Below, piece after piece: positions 38,650-50,607 of a DNA stretch of 52,166 nt (its first letter is position 1; each line of letters opens with the position of its first letter). Source of the stretch: Bigelowiella natans CCMP2755 (Eukaryota; Protista; Cercozoa); NCBI GenBank assembly GCA_000320545.1, contig ADNK01002756.1:1-52166 (forward strand). The letters run 5' to 3'. The position numbers and the translations under genes are program-made. Under the pieces are notes generated by a model. It did no database searches, was not told where the DNA came from, and was given only the letters and a program-made list of their open reading frames with translations.

Positions 38650-40599
38650 GCATTTTGAATATCAAAAAAATAGCCAACCCCATCAGGAGGAGTGATCTTG
38701 ATTCTCCCTTCAACAGTGCCGGATGTGCTGTGGTCATAAGTTCCAAGAAAGAACGTCTAGTGAAATAGAATATTAGGAATGCAAGGGAAGAGGAGGGGGT
38801 AGAAGAAAATAGAGACTGATGATTTTATGTTTAATTAAGCGATATCACTTTAACGCACGTTACCGTAAGATGGGGCTCATCGGGATGAAAAGCGCTGCAC
38901 ACCATTGACAGATGCGCTTCAGCCTGTTGCGCCATCATGACTGCTACAGTCATCGTCGTCACAACCACGGTGAAGTGGCTACGAGGGAGGGCTTGGATCG
39001 CCATTACCCCTGTGCTAGTACGAAAAGGGCGTGTGTGCGTGAATGTCTATTCTTGGTTTTATCAAGAAACAAAACAGCCGTTTGCCGGTAAAACGGGCGT
39101 CCGTGGCCACATAAATGGTCCTGTTGCGCATGGCTACGACAAATGGAAGCCAGTTGTCTCTCCGTCCCACATTGGCGATCATCAAGAGCTTGCTTTGCAT
39201 CGCTGGCGGCACGCACTTATCCCGAGCGAGGGTATGTGCCACCGAAGGAACCTTGAAAACTGTTCAAGCGACAGAATAAGAATGCAGATCGGCCTTGAAA
39301 AGCAAGAGCCAGCACATTTTGGGTTCTTCCTCCACAAAGCGTTCATTGGAAGCCAGCTCTGGCAGCACATATGCGACGATAAGATTAATGCACAGTGTAT
39401 CGCATCTACGACAATATAAATAAACTATTTTATTCGAAATTATGAATTACTCAAAAAACTTTATACGGCAGCAATTTTATGTTGTCGCAGAATGTTATTA
39501 CAAGGCATAGTGTGGTGCTTCAACGACAACGACTTCTCTTTGTACATGGATCACCTACGAGTACGACGGTACCCCTTCCTAATGGAGATGCCCGTATCTG
39601 GACTATGATACACCACATGTGACAACTTACAATGCTATTTGCGCCAGTTCGATTGTCTCTTTTAAATAATGCAGGGCTTTCTTGATGTAACTTGAGTCCC
39701 TGTCTCTCCTACCTGTACAAAAGCAGTGCAATGTGCTGGTACGACGAAGCATGTTGATTGTCTTTTACATGAGATAATCTCTTTCACATTTCAGATCGTT
39801 ATGTATACATATTTTAAATAGTAGGAAATTTTCCTGCGACTAGAATGTAAATGAGTTGGTCTTTAGGCTAATATTACGAAATTTATCGAGCTAAAATTTG
39901 GCCGATATTTTCCAAAATTTAATATATGTCTTACATGTCAAACTCTGCATTTTTGGGGGGTTTGTCAACGATTTTTAGATTGTAATATTTGGATTTCTCT
40001 CTAATATTTTAATTTATCAGTAAACGACTATTAAAAATCAATGTATTTAGGACATAACATATTTCTTTTCATGTATATATTTGGAAATACAAGTTCTTTC
40101 ATAATCTGAAGATAGAATCAGACTTGATATTGATAACAAGAAATATTGAAACACTATGTTATAACTACGACTGCATTTCGTGATTGACGTATAGATAAAT
40201 ATACATCCCATCATCACCCTCTTGAAGTTCTCCTCCCTAGCCGAAAACTGAAAATAGGCAAATCATGACCTGAAACAGACCGTCTCTAAATACATATCTC
40301 ACTATGATCCAGAATATGCACACTATATTTCCTAATTTTCAAATATTAATGTTGTCGCTACCTAAGAAAATACGGCTTCTCAACCCTTCACTCCTTACGA
40401 ATTACTGCTGAAACATGATTAAAGAGCTCTAAATTCGAGCCTGCCATGCATGAGCCACCCTGCTTGGAACGGAGGCTGTAGTTTAGGGACTGAGACGGAA
40501 TTCAGCTCGCCCAACCCCTTACAATCAATTGGAGGTTAATCTTTTGGATTCTTCCTCTGAACGCCATCTTGTATTTGCGATCAATCAAATTTCATCGGT

Positions 40600-41493
40600 A
40601 TGAATCCAACGAGCAACAGTGACAAGTCATCTGTTAGCTCACGGAGTACGGATTGGTCCCCTTTCAATAACCACAGTCTCTCCGGCTCAAATAGCCCTGT
40701 CATACAGGCATCACCTAACCCTGGCAGGCCTCTATTCGCAACCCTGAGTAGAGAACAGTGCCTCCGTGTCCGATGGGGTGATTCAACAGCGACCGTGAAG
40801 CAGAAGCCAGCCAGCACTGAGGGAAGGGCAGGGCACGAACCGAAGTCTTTTCCTTTACCAACTGGAAATAATAGCGACGAGAAACTTTACACGCGGCGGC
40901 GCTCTCACGCAAAGCGTAGGTTTTCGTCTACGTCAAAGCTCAGGTCACTGTCAGCAAGGCCAAGTACGACCGCTTCTTCTATATCTGAAGCCCCCTTTTA
41001 TCCAGAGAACTGCAGTGGGTCGAGTGAGGGTGGAATCGTTAGTCATGGAATGAAATCAGACCAGCAACAGCATAGCTCTAGTATGTCGGTCGATATTAGC
41101 AGCCAAACCAAAGCTAAATTTCGGCGTCACAGCTATTCTGGGGATGATGGTATATCAATCGATAATGAGCAGGAAGATGAAGGACCGGGCATGGTGGATG
41201 ATAGTGGAGGAGAAGAAGGATCCAGCAAGCGGCGGAGACGACTGGACGCCTCGCGTGATTCTAAGAGTACAGGGCAGCAGTCTGAAGGACCTTCTGACGA
41301 CGTATTGGATGCGATAAATAGTCGATACAAGCCTCCACTGCTACTGCAAAATCAATCATTCCTAGATTCTCATTTCTCTGAATCTCCATTTGTTACACCA
41401 CCACTATGTTCCAGCACGATATTGACTGGTAAACATCACATGAAAGAGCCACAAAAGAGGCGCTTGCTTATTTTGAGGCGAGGGGAGCAATGA
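40600..41493 (+). CDS. Ser-rich, predicted disordered protein of unknown function (297 aa)
   Basis: 894-bp ATG-started ORF with coding-like composition and AT-rich flanks; basic clusters (RRRSHAKRR, KRRRR). No domain recognised. Confidence 0.65.
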   Translation: MNPTSNSDKSSVSSRSTDWSPFNNHSLSGSNSPVIQASPNPGRPLFATLSREQCLRVRWGDSTATVKQKPASTEGRAGHEPKSFPLPTGNNSDEKLYTRRRSHAKRRFSSTSKLRSLSARPSTTASSISEAPFYPENCSGSSEGGIVSHGMKSDQQQHSSSMSVDISSQTKAKFRRHSYSGDDGISIDNEQEDEGPGMVDDSGGEEGSSKRRRRLDASRDSKSTGQQSEGPSDDVLDAINSRYKPPLLLQNQSFLDSHFSESPFVTPPLCSSTILTGKHHMKEPQKRRLLILRRGEQ

Positions 41494-41899
41494 ACTATGG
41501 TAGCGGGGATGTAATGAATCTGGGATTTCGGCACAATATTACAAAAAAGGGTCGAAATTAATCGATTGTAAACTTAATTGTTCCTCGAAACTTCCATACA
41601 TTTATACACCGAGACTAAATGAAAAAGCGTTCCCTGTCCCCCCTTCGTAGTTAGCGATATGTAAGATGCATCCCCTTTGCCACCATTCGGGAGATGACTT
41701 CGTAGAGAAACGGCAATGTGGTATCTGTGTCTGATAATTACTACGAATGCTCCTCTTCCCGATCCGAACAATGTACAGAGAGAAGAGTTAAGATGCTGTA
41801 AATTTAAAATGAATGACAACGATATATTGAAACCTAAATAAAAAAAGAGGATTGCTGCAAATGACTGCGAGTCGTTAAATAATTTATGTTTTCTTTTTT

Positions 41900-43140
41900 G
41901 TAATTTTTTTTCTTGCATCGGTAGCAGAGCTGCAATGTAGCATGAATTGTGTGTCCCTGTCATGCAATGCAATGCTAGAGCTTGCGATGTTCTAGCCATT
42001 GAAAGTGGCATAACATTGGGTAGTGACTTTTGATTGCTAGTACAGCGTACGTACAGAGTATAGCCTGTGGTGTAGAAGCAGACTGAAGCCTCTACGTACC
42101 ATCATCGTACGCTTGCTCGACTAGCAGCTAACTAGCTAGTTGAGCAGTCCCAGTAGCGTACGTTGCTGAAAGAGCCATCAAGTTTATATACTTTGTTTGC
42201 ACGCGTGTACAGCGTAGTGCAGTACATGCATGTAGTGCCATCGTATCGAACATTTCACACACCTTGGCGGAGTTTGGACATGTGTGTAGCAATTGTCAGC
42301 ACATCTGTGCGTCGCACAACAAGTGTGCCACGTCACTTATTGCATGAACGCACGCGTACAGTTGTTGCGAAAGGTCCACATGCAAGTCTGTTCATTATGT
42401 ATAATAGACACAGTAATAGCATATATATTATACACATGGTATTACATGGCGCGATTATCTGTACACGGTGGCAATTCGCAGCTATTATACTATCGAGCCC
42501 ATACCCTGGTTCATCTCGGGCGCAACCATCTCGTTGCTGTTAAATTGCCATGCAAGGTTCAACCGAGTTTCTATAGCCATCTGGTGCCATGTCTATAATA
42601 TGTGTTTTAGTGTCGATCAATGAAGCAGCAATGCAGATGAAGGGCGAAGTGCAGCAGGTGCTGGCATATGTGGCATGATTTTAGGAGCCATTGCATTAAT
42701 GAGGCTGTTTGCGTCACGTCATGTTCTTACATGGGCGCAAGTGAAGATTACAAGAAACAGAAAGACACGTGTGCGTGCATGTATGCGCGGCACAAAGCAC
42801 ACATGCGCATGACACATACATGCACTGCATGTACGTGATGCGACTGCAAGTATACAAGCAATGTGCAATTCCGATCGATGCATGAGTTCGTGTTATATAG
42901 CTTAGAAGCTAGCTAGCGATGCGAGTGTGTGTTTTCATGTTTTGACTGGACGGGTGCGCACGAGCTTGTGCAGAGCAGCTGTATATGGACCCCACTTGCG
43001 TTGTAGCGCATGTCGATCATCGAGCATGCGAACTATAGAACACCGCTTGCATCAACAGTCGGCATAGCCATGGTACGTGCGCACACGTAATAACTGCACT
43101 AGCACACTTGTTACGATTTTAGCTCTGCTTGCTCGCCGAC
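41900..43140. other. Palindromic 4-mer / purine-pyrimidine alternating tract 5 (between convergent 3' ends); TA retained
   Basis: Dense TGCA, CATG, GTAC, ACGT and CTAG with long RY-alternating runs (e.g. 42765-42850), but many non-CTAG TA remain. Confidence 0.7.
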
Positions 43141-43718
43141 TCATATAGGTTGAAAAATTAAGAAAGGAGAATATCTACACAAATGTGATCTAAGGCATGA
43201 AATTGCGGCCATGTGATCATTCTTCAATGAATGTTTCTGTATGTGTTTAATGACACGAAGTTCAGAGTTAATCTGCTACATGGCAACGTTAATTTTAACT
43301 TGAGTACATTTTCTATTCTAACTGTGGAATAATATATCTCTTTGATGTTCGACATATTATTTTAGCGTTTGGACCTCCACTATCATTTGAATGAAAACTG
43401 TGACGATTGCTTATCTAATACGTGTGGCATAATTATGTACAACGTGGACAGTCTTTCTCCACAGTTCTACAATCTGTTACATCTCACTAGAGAATCTAAT
43501 AAACAACCTTCAGGTTGTATTTTTTTTAATTGTTTGCTATTGAAACATTGACTAGGTTACACTGCAGTATGATGAATGTAACGTTCTGATCATTTTTATG
43601 ACTCTTTTTAAACGTCATCAATAATAGAAGGTGCAATTATGGTGCACGTTCTGAATCTAAATTTACGAATTGATTACTGAATACAGCTTTTCGATTGGAT
43701 TTAATGATCATATAGTTT

Positions 43719-44183
43719 CTACACGGAGACCTGAGAATCTTTGATCACGTAAGAAATAATTGATACAAATTGCTCTGCACTTTCTATGCTTCCTCTCGCC
43801 GACTTTTTGGGCCTGAAAGTCCTTCGTATCTGCCTCCCGAGCGTAGACCGCATAGATAGTTGTAAGAACTTCAAAAGACGTCTTAACTCGCGTCTTCTTG
43901 CAGGAGCCTTCATTCCATTTAATTGGAGGTAGAAGTTTACTAAGTAACTGATCGAGACATCGTCCAGTGTGGAATAAACATGAAGGTTATGCTCGAAGCT
44001 CTGCGGTCGGTCTGCTTCACTTTCTCTATTTGGGGAACTAATTCCAACATGTGTAGATGGGCTAGGTGAAGCGAGGAAGGGTGATGAGGAAGAAGGGGAA
44101 GGGAGGGAAAGCGTAGGTGGTAAGGGATCAGCGAACATGCTATGAAATTTGAGCGTTGGTAGGACTATTTGAAATGACTGCAT
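43719..44183 (-). CDS. Small uncharacterised protein (about 140-154 aa)
   Basis: Open frame with a Pro/Ser N-terminus and a helical-looking C-terminal part (LDDVSISYLVNFYLQL...RRELRRLLKFLQL) inside AT-rich flanks. Confidence 0.5.
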   Translation of the reverse strand: MQSFQIVLPTLKFHSMFADPLPPTLSLPSPSSSSPFLASPSPSTHVGISSPNRESEADRPQSFEHNLHVYSTLDDVSISYLVNFYLQLNGMKAPARRRELRRLLKFLQLSMRSTLGRQIRRTFRPKKSARGSIESAEQFVSIISYVIKDSQVSV

Positions 44184-44715
44184 GAAAACTGTTGCTAGCC
44201 AAAAAGTTAAAGAAGGGCCGATTTATTATTATTACATTTTGGCAACTGTTCCTAGTTACGACAGCGAATATTTGATGTCTTATATAGATCAATTCCTTTG
44301 ATTTTGTTTCTCAGAATAATGATTGTGCAAAGGTAGCAAAGTGAGTTAGGAAACACCAACGTCTAGAATTTTTGAATGAAAGTACAGATTTTCTATATGT
44401 AGGCTATTTTCCATATATATTTGATATGGTAAGCTCTCCAAGGGATCTTGCACAGTTCAGGTGGGGTATATCCTTGGTAGTGTTTTTCATTACTTGCCAG
44501 TGGAACCGCATTATTATTTATTAACTAAAATTGATAAATTGAGAAAGAACCCCTTTATTTTGGTTTTTTTTACATGAAAGTAGAGGCTTCAGACCTTGGC
44601 TGTCTTCAATTCGTGCGATTGTGAAAACAAAGAAGAAGAAGAAATCATTTTTCCTCATAGAAATTTCGAGTAAAAAGGAAGTACGATTTCAGAGAGCGAC
44701 ACGGATTATAAAAAG

Positions 44716-44788
44716 AACAGCTGACGGGACTCGAACCCGCAACCGCCTCCTTAGGAGGGAGGCGCCTTATCCATTAGGCCACAGCCGC
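44716..44788 (-). tRNA. tRNA-Arg(CCT), intronless
   Basis: Minus strand folds as a full cloverleaf: GCGGCTG TG GCCT AATGGATA AGGC G CCTCC CT-CCT-AA GGAGG CGGTT GCGGG TTCGAGT CCCGT CAGCTGT T. A and B boxes are present, followed by a T-run Pol III terminator. Confidence 0.95.
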
Positions 44789-45350
44789 AATAATTTTGTA
44801 AATATTTTGCGAATATTACCTGACTCATAAAAATATTTAGCAATAAATTCATATGAGGTGGAGGATTCATAAATGTTCGTGCTTTGTTTTGAAATCTCAT
44901 CTCTGTGAACAAATGAAGGCCATTGCACTCAATTTCTTCCAGTTTCAGCTAAAAACACCGTCTTTACGAGTTCATTTGCGGTCCACTTTTTTCAACACAG
45001 CTTTTGAGAAGAAAGAGGAACATGTTCAAATAATGTGTTTAGTTTGATCCGAATTGCACATAATATCCTTGTCTTATTCAATAATTCTTAACAATTACAG
45101 GAACATCGATTTTGAAGCAAATCTGAAAGCTGCTTTGAAAATCGCTCCCCGTCCTCGTTCTCCGATTTTCGTCTTTTGTCTTCGGATCACGTGGTAGTGG
45201 GGCACTAATTGTGTTTAATCCATGCTCAGCGTCACAAGTGCAAATTTTATGTGTAACTCTCGTTCGTATTTACTTTTTCATTGTTCCGCGTTTGGCAAGT
45301 ATCTACCGGCGGTAGTCCTGTAATAATACCCGAATGCTGATCATTAGAAC

Positions 45351-45410
45351 TTGTTGAGTTTGGCGTATCGATTAAGTGTCTTGTTGAGTTTAGCGAATCG
45401 ATTAAGTGTC
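45351..45410 (+). repeat. 30-bp tandem duplication in the upstream region of the zinc-finger gene
   Basis: ttgttgagtttggcgtatcgattaagtgtc / ttgttgagtttagcgaatcgattaagtgtc, 28/30 identical. Confidence 0.9.
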
Positions 45411-45551
45411 GGTTTGGTGAAGTGACTTCGACCTATATTAAGTTCAATCTCTATATAGATATTCTTTCATGGTCAAGGCCTAAGGGGTGGGGTTACGGGG
45501 CACGGTACGCCAGGGATTGAAAGTGGAGTACACAACAAATCTCACGATATT

Positions 45552-46753
45552 ATGGACTGCAAATGCCTTCTCGCACAGATGAACATTCATGATGTGGGCT
45601 GCAAGAATTATATCCTTAACTGCGGAATTTCGTCTATTGAGGGAGGCGCCCTCGACAGTGGCGGCGGCATCAACGGCTCTTCTTCGGCCGCAGACTATTC
45701 CTCTTTGGGCTTCATTCTCCCAAACAGCAGTCCCTTTCACGGGCCGGGTCTCCTAGAAACCATTCCAAGATTAGATTCTAACACAGCATCCAGTGTAAAT
45801 GGTGAGTCTGAAGTACTACGGGATGTACCGATCAAGCCCAGAGGTAGCAACCGCGCTTGTCGGGGAATCCTCTTAGACAGTATGCTCGCAGCTTCCTCCT
45901 CCTCCCCGTCGACCATACTTAACAACGCCGACTTAGTAGCGTCGCCGACGATGATCAGAGGCATGCAACTTCTTGATGGTACAGCTTCTTCATTTTACGA
46001 TAGCAGCAGCACCCCCTCAGCGACTAACATGTGCTTCAACGCACACACCGACAACCTTTTCCCAACTGGTGTGACAGCAGCTCCGACCCCCGCATTATCC
46101 ATTTCAAATCAGAACGTACTCCGAGCGAAGGTGGTGCAGCAAGTGGGAGGAAAGGGTGCCAGTGGTGCGACAAATAAGGAACTATCTGGCGTCAAAGGCA
46201 CGAAGCGGCGACGGATTGCTTCGGAAAACGTCATTTCGAATAGCAACAGTGATTTTCTCATCAGCGGGAGTGGAGGCAGCAGCAGCACAAATTCTAGGAG
46301 CGCGGCGTCAGCGACGACGAGCTCTTCCACAATAGCGGTGACCGCCGGCGGTGTGAGCAAGACCTTTGGTTGTCCGATCAGAGGCTGTGAGGAGAAATAC
46401 TCGCGGCTGTCTAACATGAAGGCGCATGTGATACTTTCATGCCGAAGGGTGTCTGACAATATCTTGGAGTTAAGAAAAGCGCTCAAGAGGATGAAGTTAA
46501 GACCTGCCTCTGTGGCTGGGTTGAAACGTGGAGTAGACCAAGCGTTCCTCCAGAGCCACAGAGACGGTATTGAGGAGCTCGATGCCCTTATTCCAGATTC
46601 GATCAAACTCAAGGTGATTAGGCACCGACAGCAGCGAGCGAGAGAGAGGGAGGGAGGGAGAGAGAGAGCAAGAGAGAGGATGATCATGATGTTGATGAGA
46701 ATGATGATGAGGATGATGATGAACATGAAGATAATTGGAAAGAAGAGCTTACA

Positions 46754-46796
<43 letters not shown>

Positions 46797-46875
46797 CGAA
46801 AAGAATGGGGAGTAGGAGAGGAGCGTGGAGATAAGGGAGGGAGGGGTGTAGTTGATGTCTATTACATATAATTAT

Positions 46876-46943
<68 letters not shown>

Positions 46944-47292
46944 CACTCCAAGCATGACAAACACATCTTACATTAAAAAGTAACAGACCTGCGCAGATAA
47001 CCAATCCTCATGAACAACCCCCCTTCCCTCTTCAATTACACAGAAGCAACGAATTCGCAAGGATACGGTAAGTGGCACCAGCACCACCACTGCTGCAGTT
47101 TTCGTCGCCAGAAGCGCCGAAGTACTAGGACATAGGGGGGGGGAGCGGGTGCAGAGAGCTCATCAAGCCTTAGCACCAGGCTTCATCAGGGATCCTCCTC
47201 CTGAAGTCCATGGTCAAAATAACCATGGACAATCTGTCGCACCACCACCAGCAGCAGCGTCCTCTTTCTCAAACGCCGCAATACATATTTGA
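45552..47292 (+). CDS. Two-exon C2H2/C2HC-type zinc-finger protein (putative transcription factor)
   Basis: Exon 1 (45552-46613) contains FGCPIRGCEEKYSRLSNMKAHVILSC (F-x-C-x4-C-x3-Y-x5-M-x2-H-x4-C) and a KRRR NLS-like motif. A GT donor follows DSIKLK. Phase-0 exon 2 (47044-47292) reads KQRIRKD...NAAIHI*. Confidence 0.75.
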
Positions 47293-47479
47293 TGATAACG
47301 ATGATGATTATGATGATGATGATGATGATGATTAGAAGATGATGATATGAATACAGTATATAATGTAATGAACATAGGTGTTCTATTGATTATAAGGAGA
47401 TATAGCACGTAATTCTATTTGTGTGTGCGTGATGCATATATGACTAGCTCGATGCAATAATAAATTACATACATTAACG

Positions 47480-48400
47480 CTGTGCATTCTGAGCTTAGCG
47501 GCGGTTGGTTGTTATTACGCAAGTACAGTACCTACGCCGGATAATTATTAGGACAATTAGAAAATTAAGTTCGCAGATATGCTCTAGTAGTCTAGTAGTA
47601 CTCCATATAGCACTGGCCAGCTAGTAAAGCAGACCGAACATGTTTATTAGACATGTGACGTACGTAGGGCTACATGTAGCTATAGGTCGTCTAGAGGTAT
47701 GCACGTACCTGCACCTAATCACTAGCTAAGCACTAGCTAGCTAGCGTAGCGCGTGACATGCACGCCGCGGCATGCTATTATGCATAGAGCGTTAGACGGC
47801 ACACAACATGATGCTACATGATTGGAGAATTGGATGTACGAATTTTATCATCATCAACATTACTCAATTGCGCGCTGCATGCGCAACATCTAGCTAGACA
47901 TGCTGGCCTCCAGGCAATCTAGCAATGACCCCCCATGTTCCATATGACATCTAGCTGCCTGCACAATCCCAATGATGGACGACAGTAATGTCTTGCATGT
48001 TACATGTCTACTCTAGCTTGCCATGCTAGCATGCTAACAGATCTAAGACTGCGCAATGGTATGCTTTGCTGCATCGATCTGCATGTGCACCAATCCAGCA
48101 ATGGGCTTACCATCTAGCTATGCTAGCATGCTAGTATGGCCTGATTAGTGCGTGTGCAGATACGACTGTGCACTACTAGACTTACACGTACACAGCAGTC
48201 AAAGGCGTATCGTACACATTTTGGGATGCAGCCAGCATTTATTTTGTGTAAAGCAGAGCCGAGCACATCTAGACATTCAACACATTGCATAAACATTGTA
48301 CAGCGGCGCCGATCATGACATACAGGTTGCAAAGCTAGAAAGGATCAATAAAGACACCACATAGCAGTGCGTAGTGGATGTCAGAGAATCATCATTATGA
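47480..48400. other. CTAG/CATG/TGCA-rich tract 6 (between convergent 3' ends); TA partly retained
   Basis: About 18 CTAG by hand count in 47581-48180, plus dense CATG/TGCA. Confidence 0.8.
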
Positions 48401-48579
48401 ACTAAGTTGACTTACTGCTGACGAAGCTGTATCATTGACTATGATTCTATTACACACATCGAACAAGGCGCAATCTCATGACGTTTGCGCGTGCAACGGG
48501 CTAAGGTCCTTTCATTCTAGAAGGCCCTGCTCTCTGAGCCAATCCTGACCAAACAAAAAGCATGACGATTTGTTAATTC

Positions 48580-49011
48580 AATCACTATAGGCTTTGTGCT
48601 TGGCCGTGTGCTGCCGCGTAACTGATCGTTGCGAGAACGAGGTGAAACATGACATCCTCGAAACAAAAGTCAACCGATGTGCGGAAATCGGAAGCTGTGG
48701 CTAGTTCCCCCCTCCTACCCACTGTGACCACGAAATAGGATACTAATAATCTCTGAGGATTTATTTACCTCGGATTCGTGTTAGAGACGAGGGTGACAAG
48801 GTGCTTTCTCGGTATCTCGTCTTCCTCCTAGTTACACACCATCAACACAGCAGCAGCAGCAAAGAGCAGCATATTTAATACAGAAGAACATTTCTGCAGC
48901 AGTGCAATAGATTTGAGTCTGTCCAAACACACACACTCTACCCGAAACCACTAGAGAGGGGGAGAAGGGGGGGAAAGGGAAGGGGGACAGATTCTTCTTC
49001 TTCTTCTTCTT

Positions 49012-49043
<32 letters not shown>

Positions 49044-49710
49044 AAAGGGTCTGTCCAAGGCCTCTGCCATTTCTTCCAGATATTCGCGTTCTAGTAACCG
49101 AGGAGACACATACACACATAAATGCCGTGTAAAATATAATGCGACGCCACACAAGAAAGGAAAACAGAAGGGGAGAGAAAAATCAATAAGAATTGCAAGC
49201 GCAGAGTTAGCAGCAGCAGCAGCAGCAGCAACGACAGGCCCCTAGGTTCCATAGCAGTAATAGCATTACGAGAAACAAGCCGATTCTTGTTGGGAAGTGT
49301 TGGGAAGTTGTTGTCCTCTCTCTTTCCGACTATGTCCATGAACTCGTTGACGTAGTAGGGTTCGCCCTAGTTGAGGAATGGATTGGAGAAGAAGAGGCAG
49401 CAGCAGAAAGTCATGGTAGTATTGGTGGTGGTGAAAAGAGAGCAAGCGGAGGGGAGAAGGATGTAACAGATACAGACTGCTGCGGGAACTTTTCTATAAG
49501 TATTTTCCTTTACTACCGCAACTACAACAACAACAACAACTGCTACTAGTAGTAGTATTACCTTTTCTCTCTCTCGCTCTTCCAAGACCCTCTTTCTGCT
49601 CTCCCAAGCAGCCTAAACGATGATTATGATCATAAGGGGGAGGAGGAGGAAGAAGAGGAAGAGGATATCACAAAACGGGGAGTAAGACTTCAATGAGCAA
49701 AAAATCTAAG

Positions 49711-49743
<33 letters not shown>

Positions 49744-49841
49744 AACAATGTGAGAAGGTGTGCCGATACATCACTATTATCATATGAAATCCTACGTCGC
49801 TTTCCTTCGATTGCGTATATCAGGATTAGGGCAGTGAGCAC

Positions 49842-49874
<33 letters not shown>

Positions 49875-50558
49875 AGTAGTAGAGAGCATGATCAACCATA
49901 CAAGACTCACCTGCACGTTGGCCTTTAGCACCACGCCCTCGATGTACTGCGCTCGCTTTCCAAATCCTATGTTTGAACGTATGTGATAGGCATATTATGG
50001 ACGATGCACGGCCAAGATGAAGCGACGACGGGGGAGGGGGAAAGGGGGGGAAGCGCGTGTCTTCCTCCCAAATGAAAGGGTTTTCTTTGCGGATAATTTA
50101 TAAACGGGGTGGGGGTGGGGGTGGGATGATTCTATCTGTTACAACACCACCTGAGACCCTGTTAAATTCGTCTACGTTGATCAGAAGCGGCTCATAGCCC
50201 TTCTCCCGCATCAGTAGCTCACGAACCTTTCGGAGCCCAACTCTACTATGAAGATGACCGTGGCAGGGAGGGGGGGGGGGAGGGAGGAAGGCAGAAAATA
50301 TAAATTTAGTTAAGTTTAAGAAACACTGAGATAAAGCCAAAACTAATCCGCTCTTTTTATTCTTGGAAAGTTGTTAGTAGCAAGGGGAATAACTCGATTT
50401 GGTAGGCGTGTTCTTACTTTCCCCCCACAACTGACGAAGTCGAAGAAGACGAAGGAGCGACATCCTCATCGGTGCAGAGGAGTACAGCGAGTTTATAGCC
50501 GTCCTATTTCATCATCATTCACCAGTACGATCACGTCGTTTCGAATATTTAATAAGAG

Positions 50559-50607
<49 letters not shown>

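Noticed and set aside
46614-46871. C-terminal ERERE/MMM extension of the 439-aa ORF
   Set aside because: It is read-through into an intron: GT donor at 46614, AG/ATG microsatellites, and an in-phase downstream exon at 47044.
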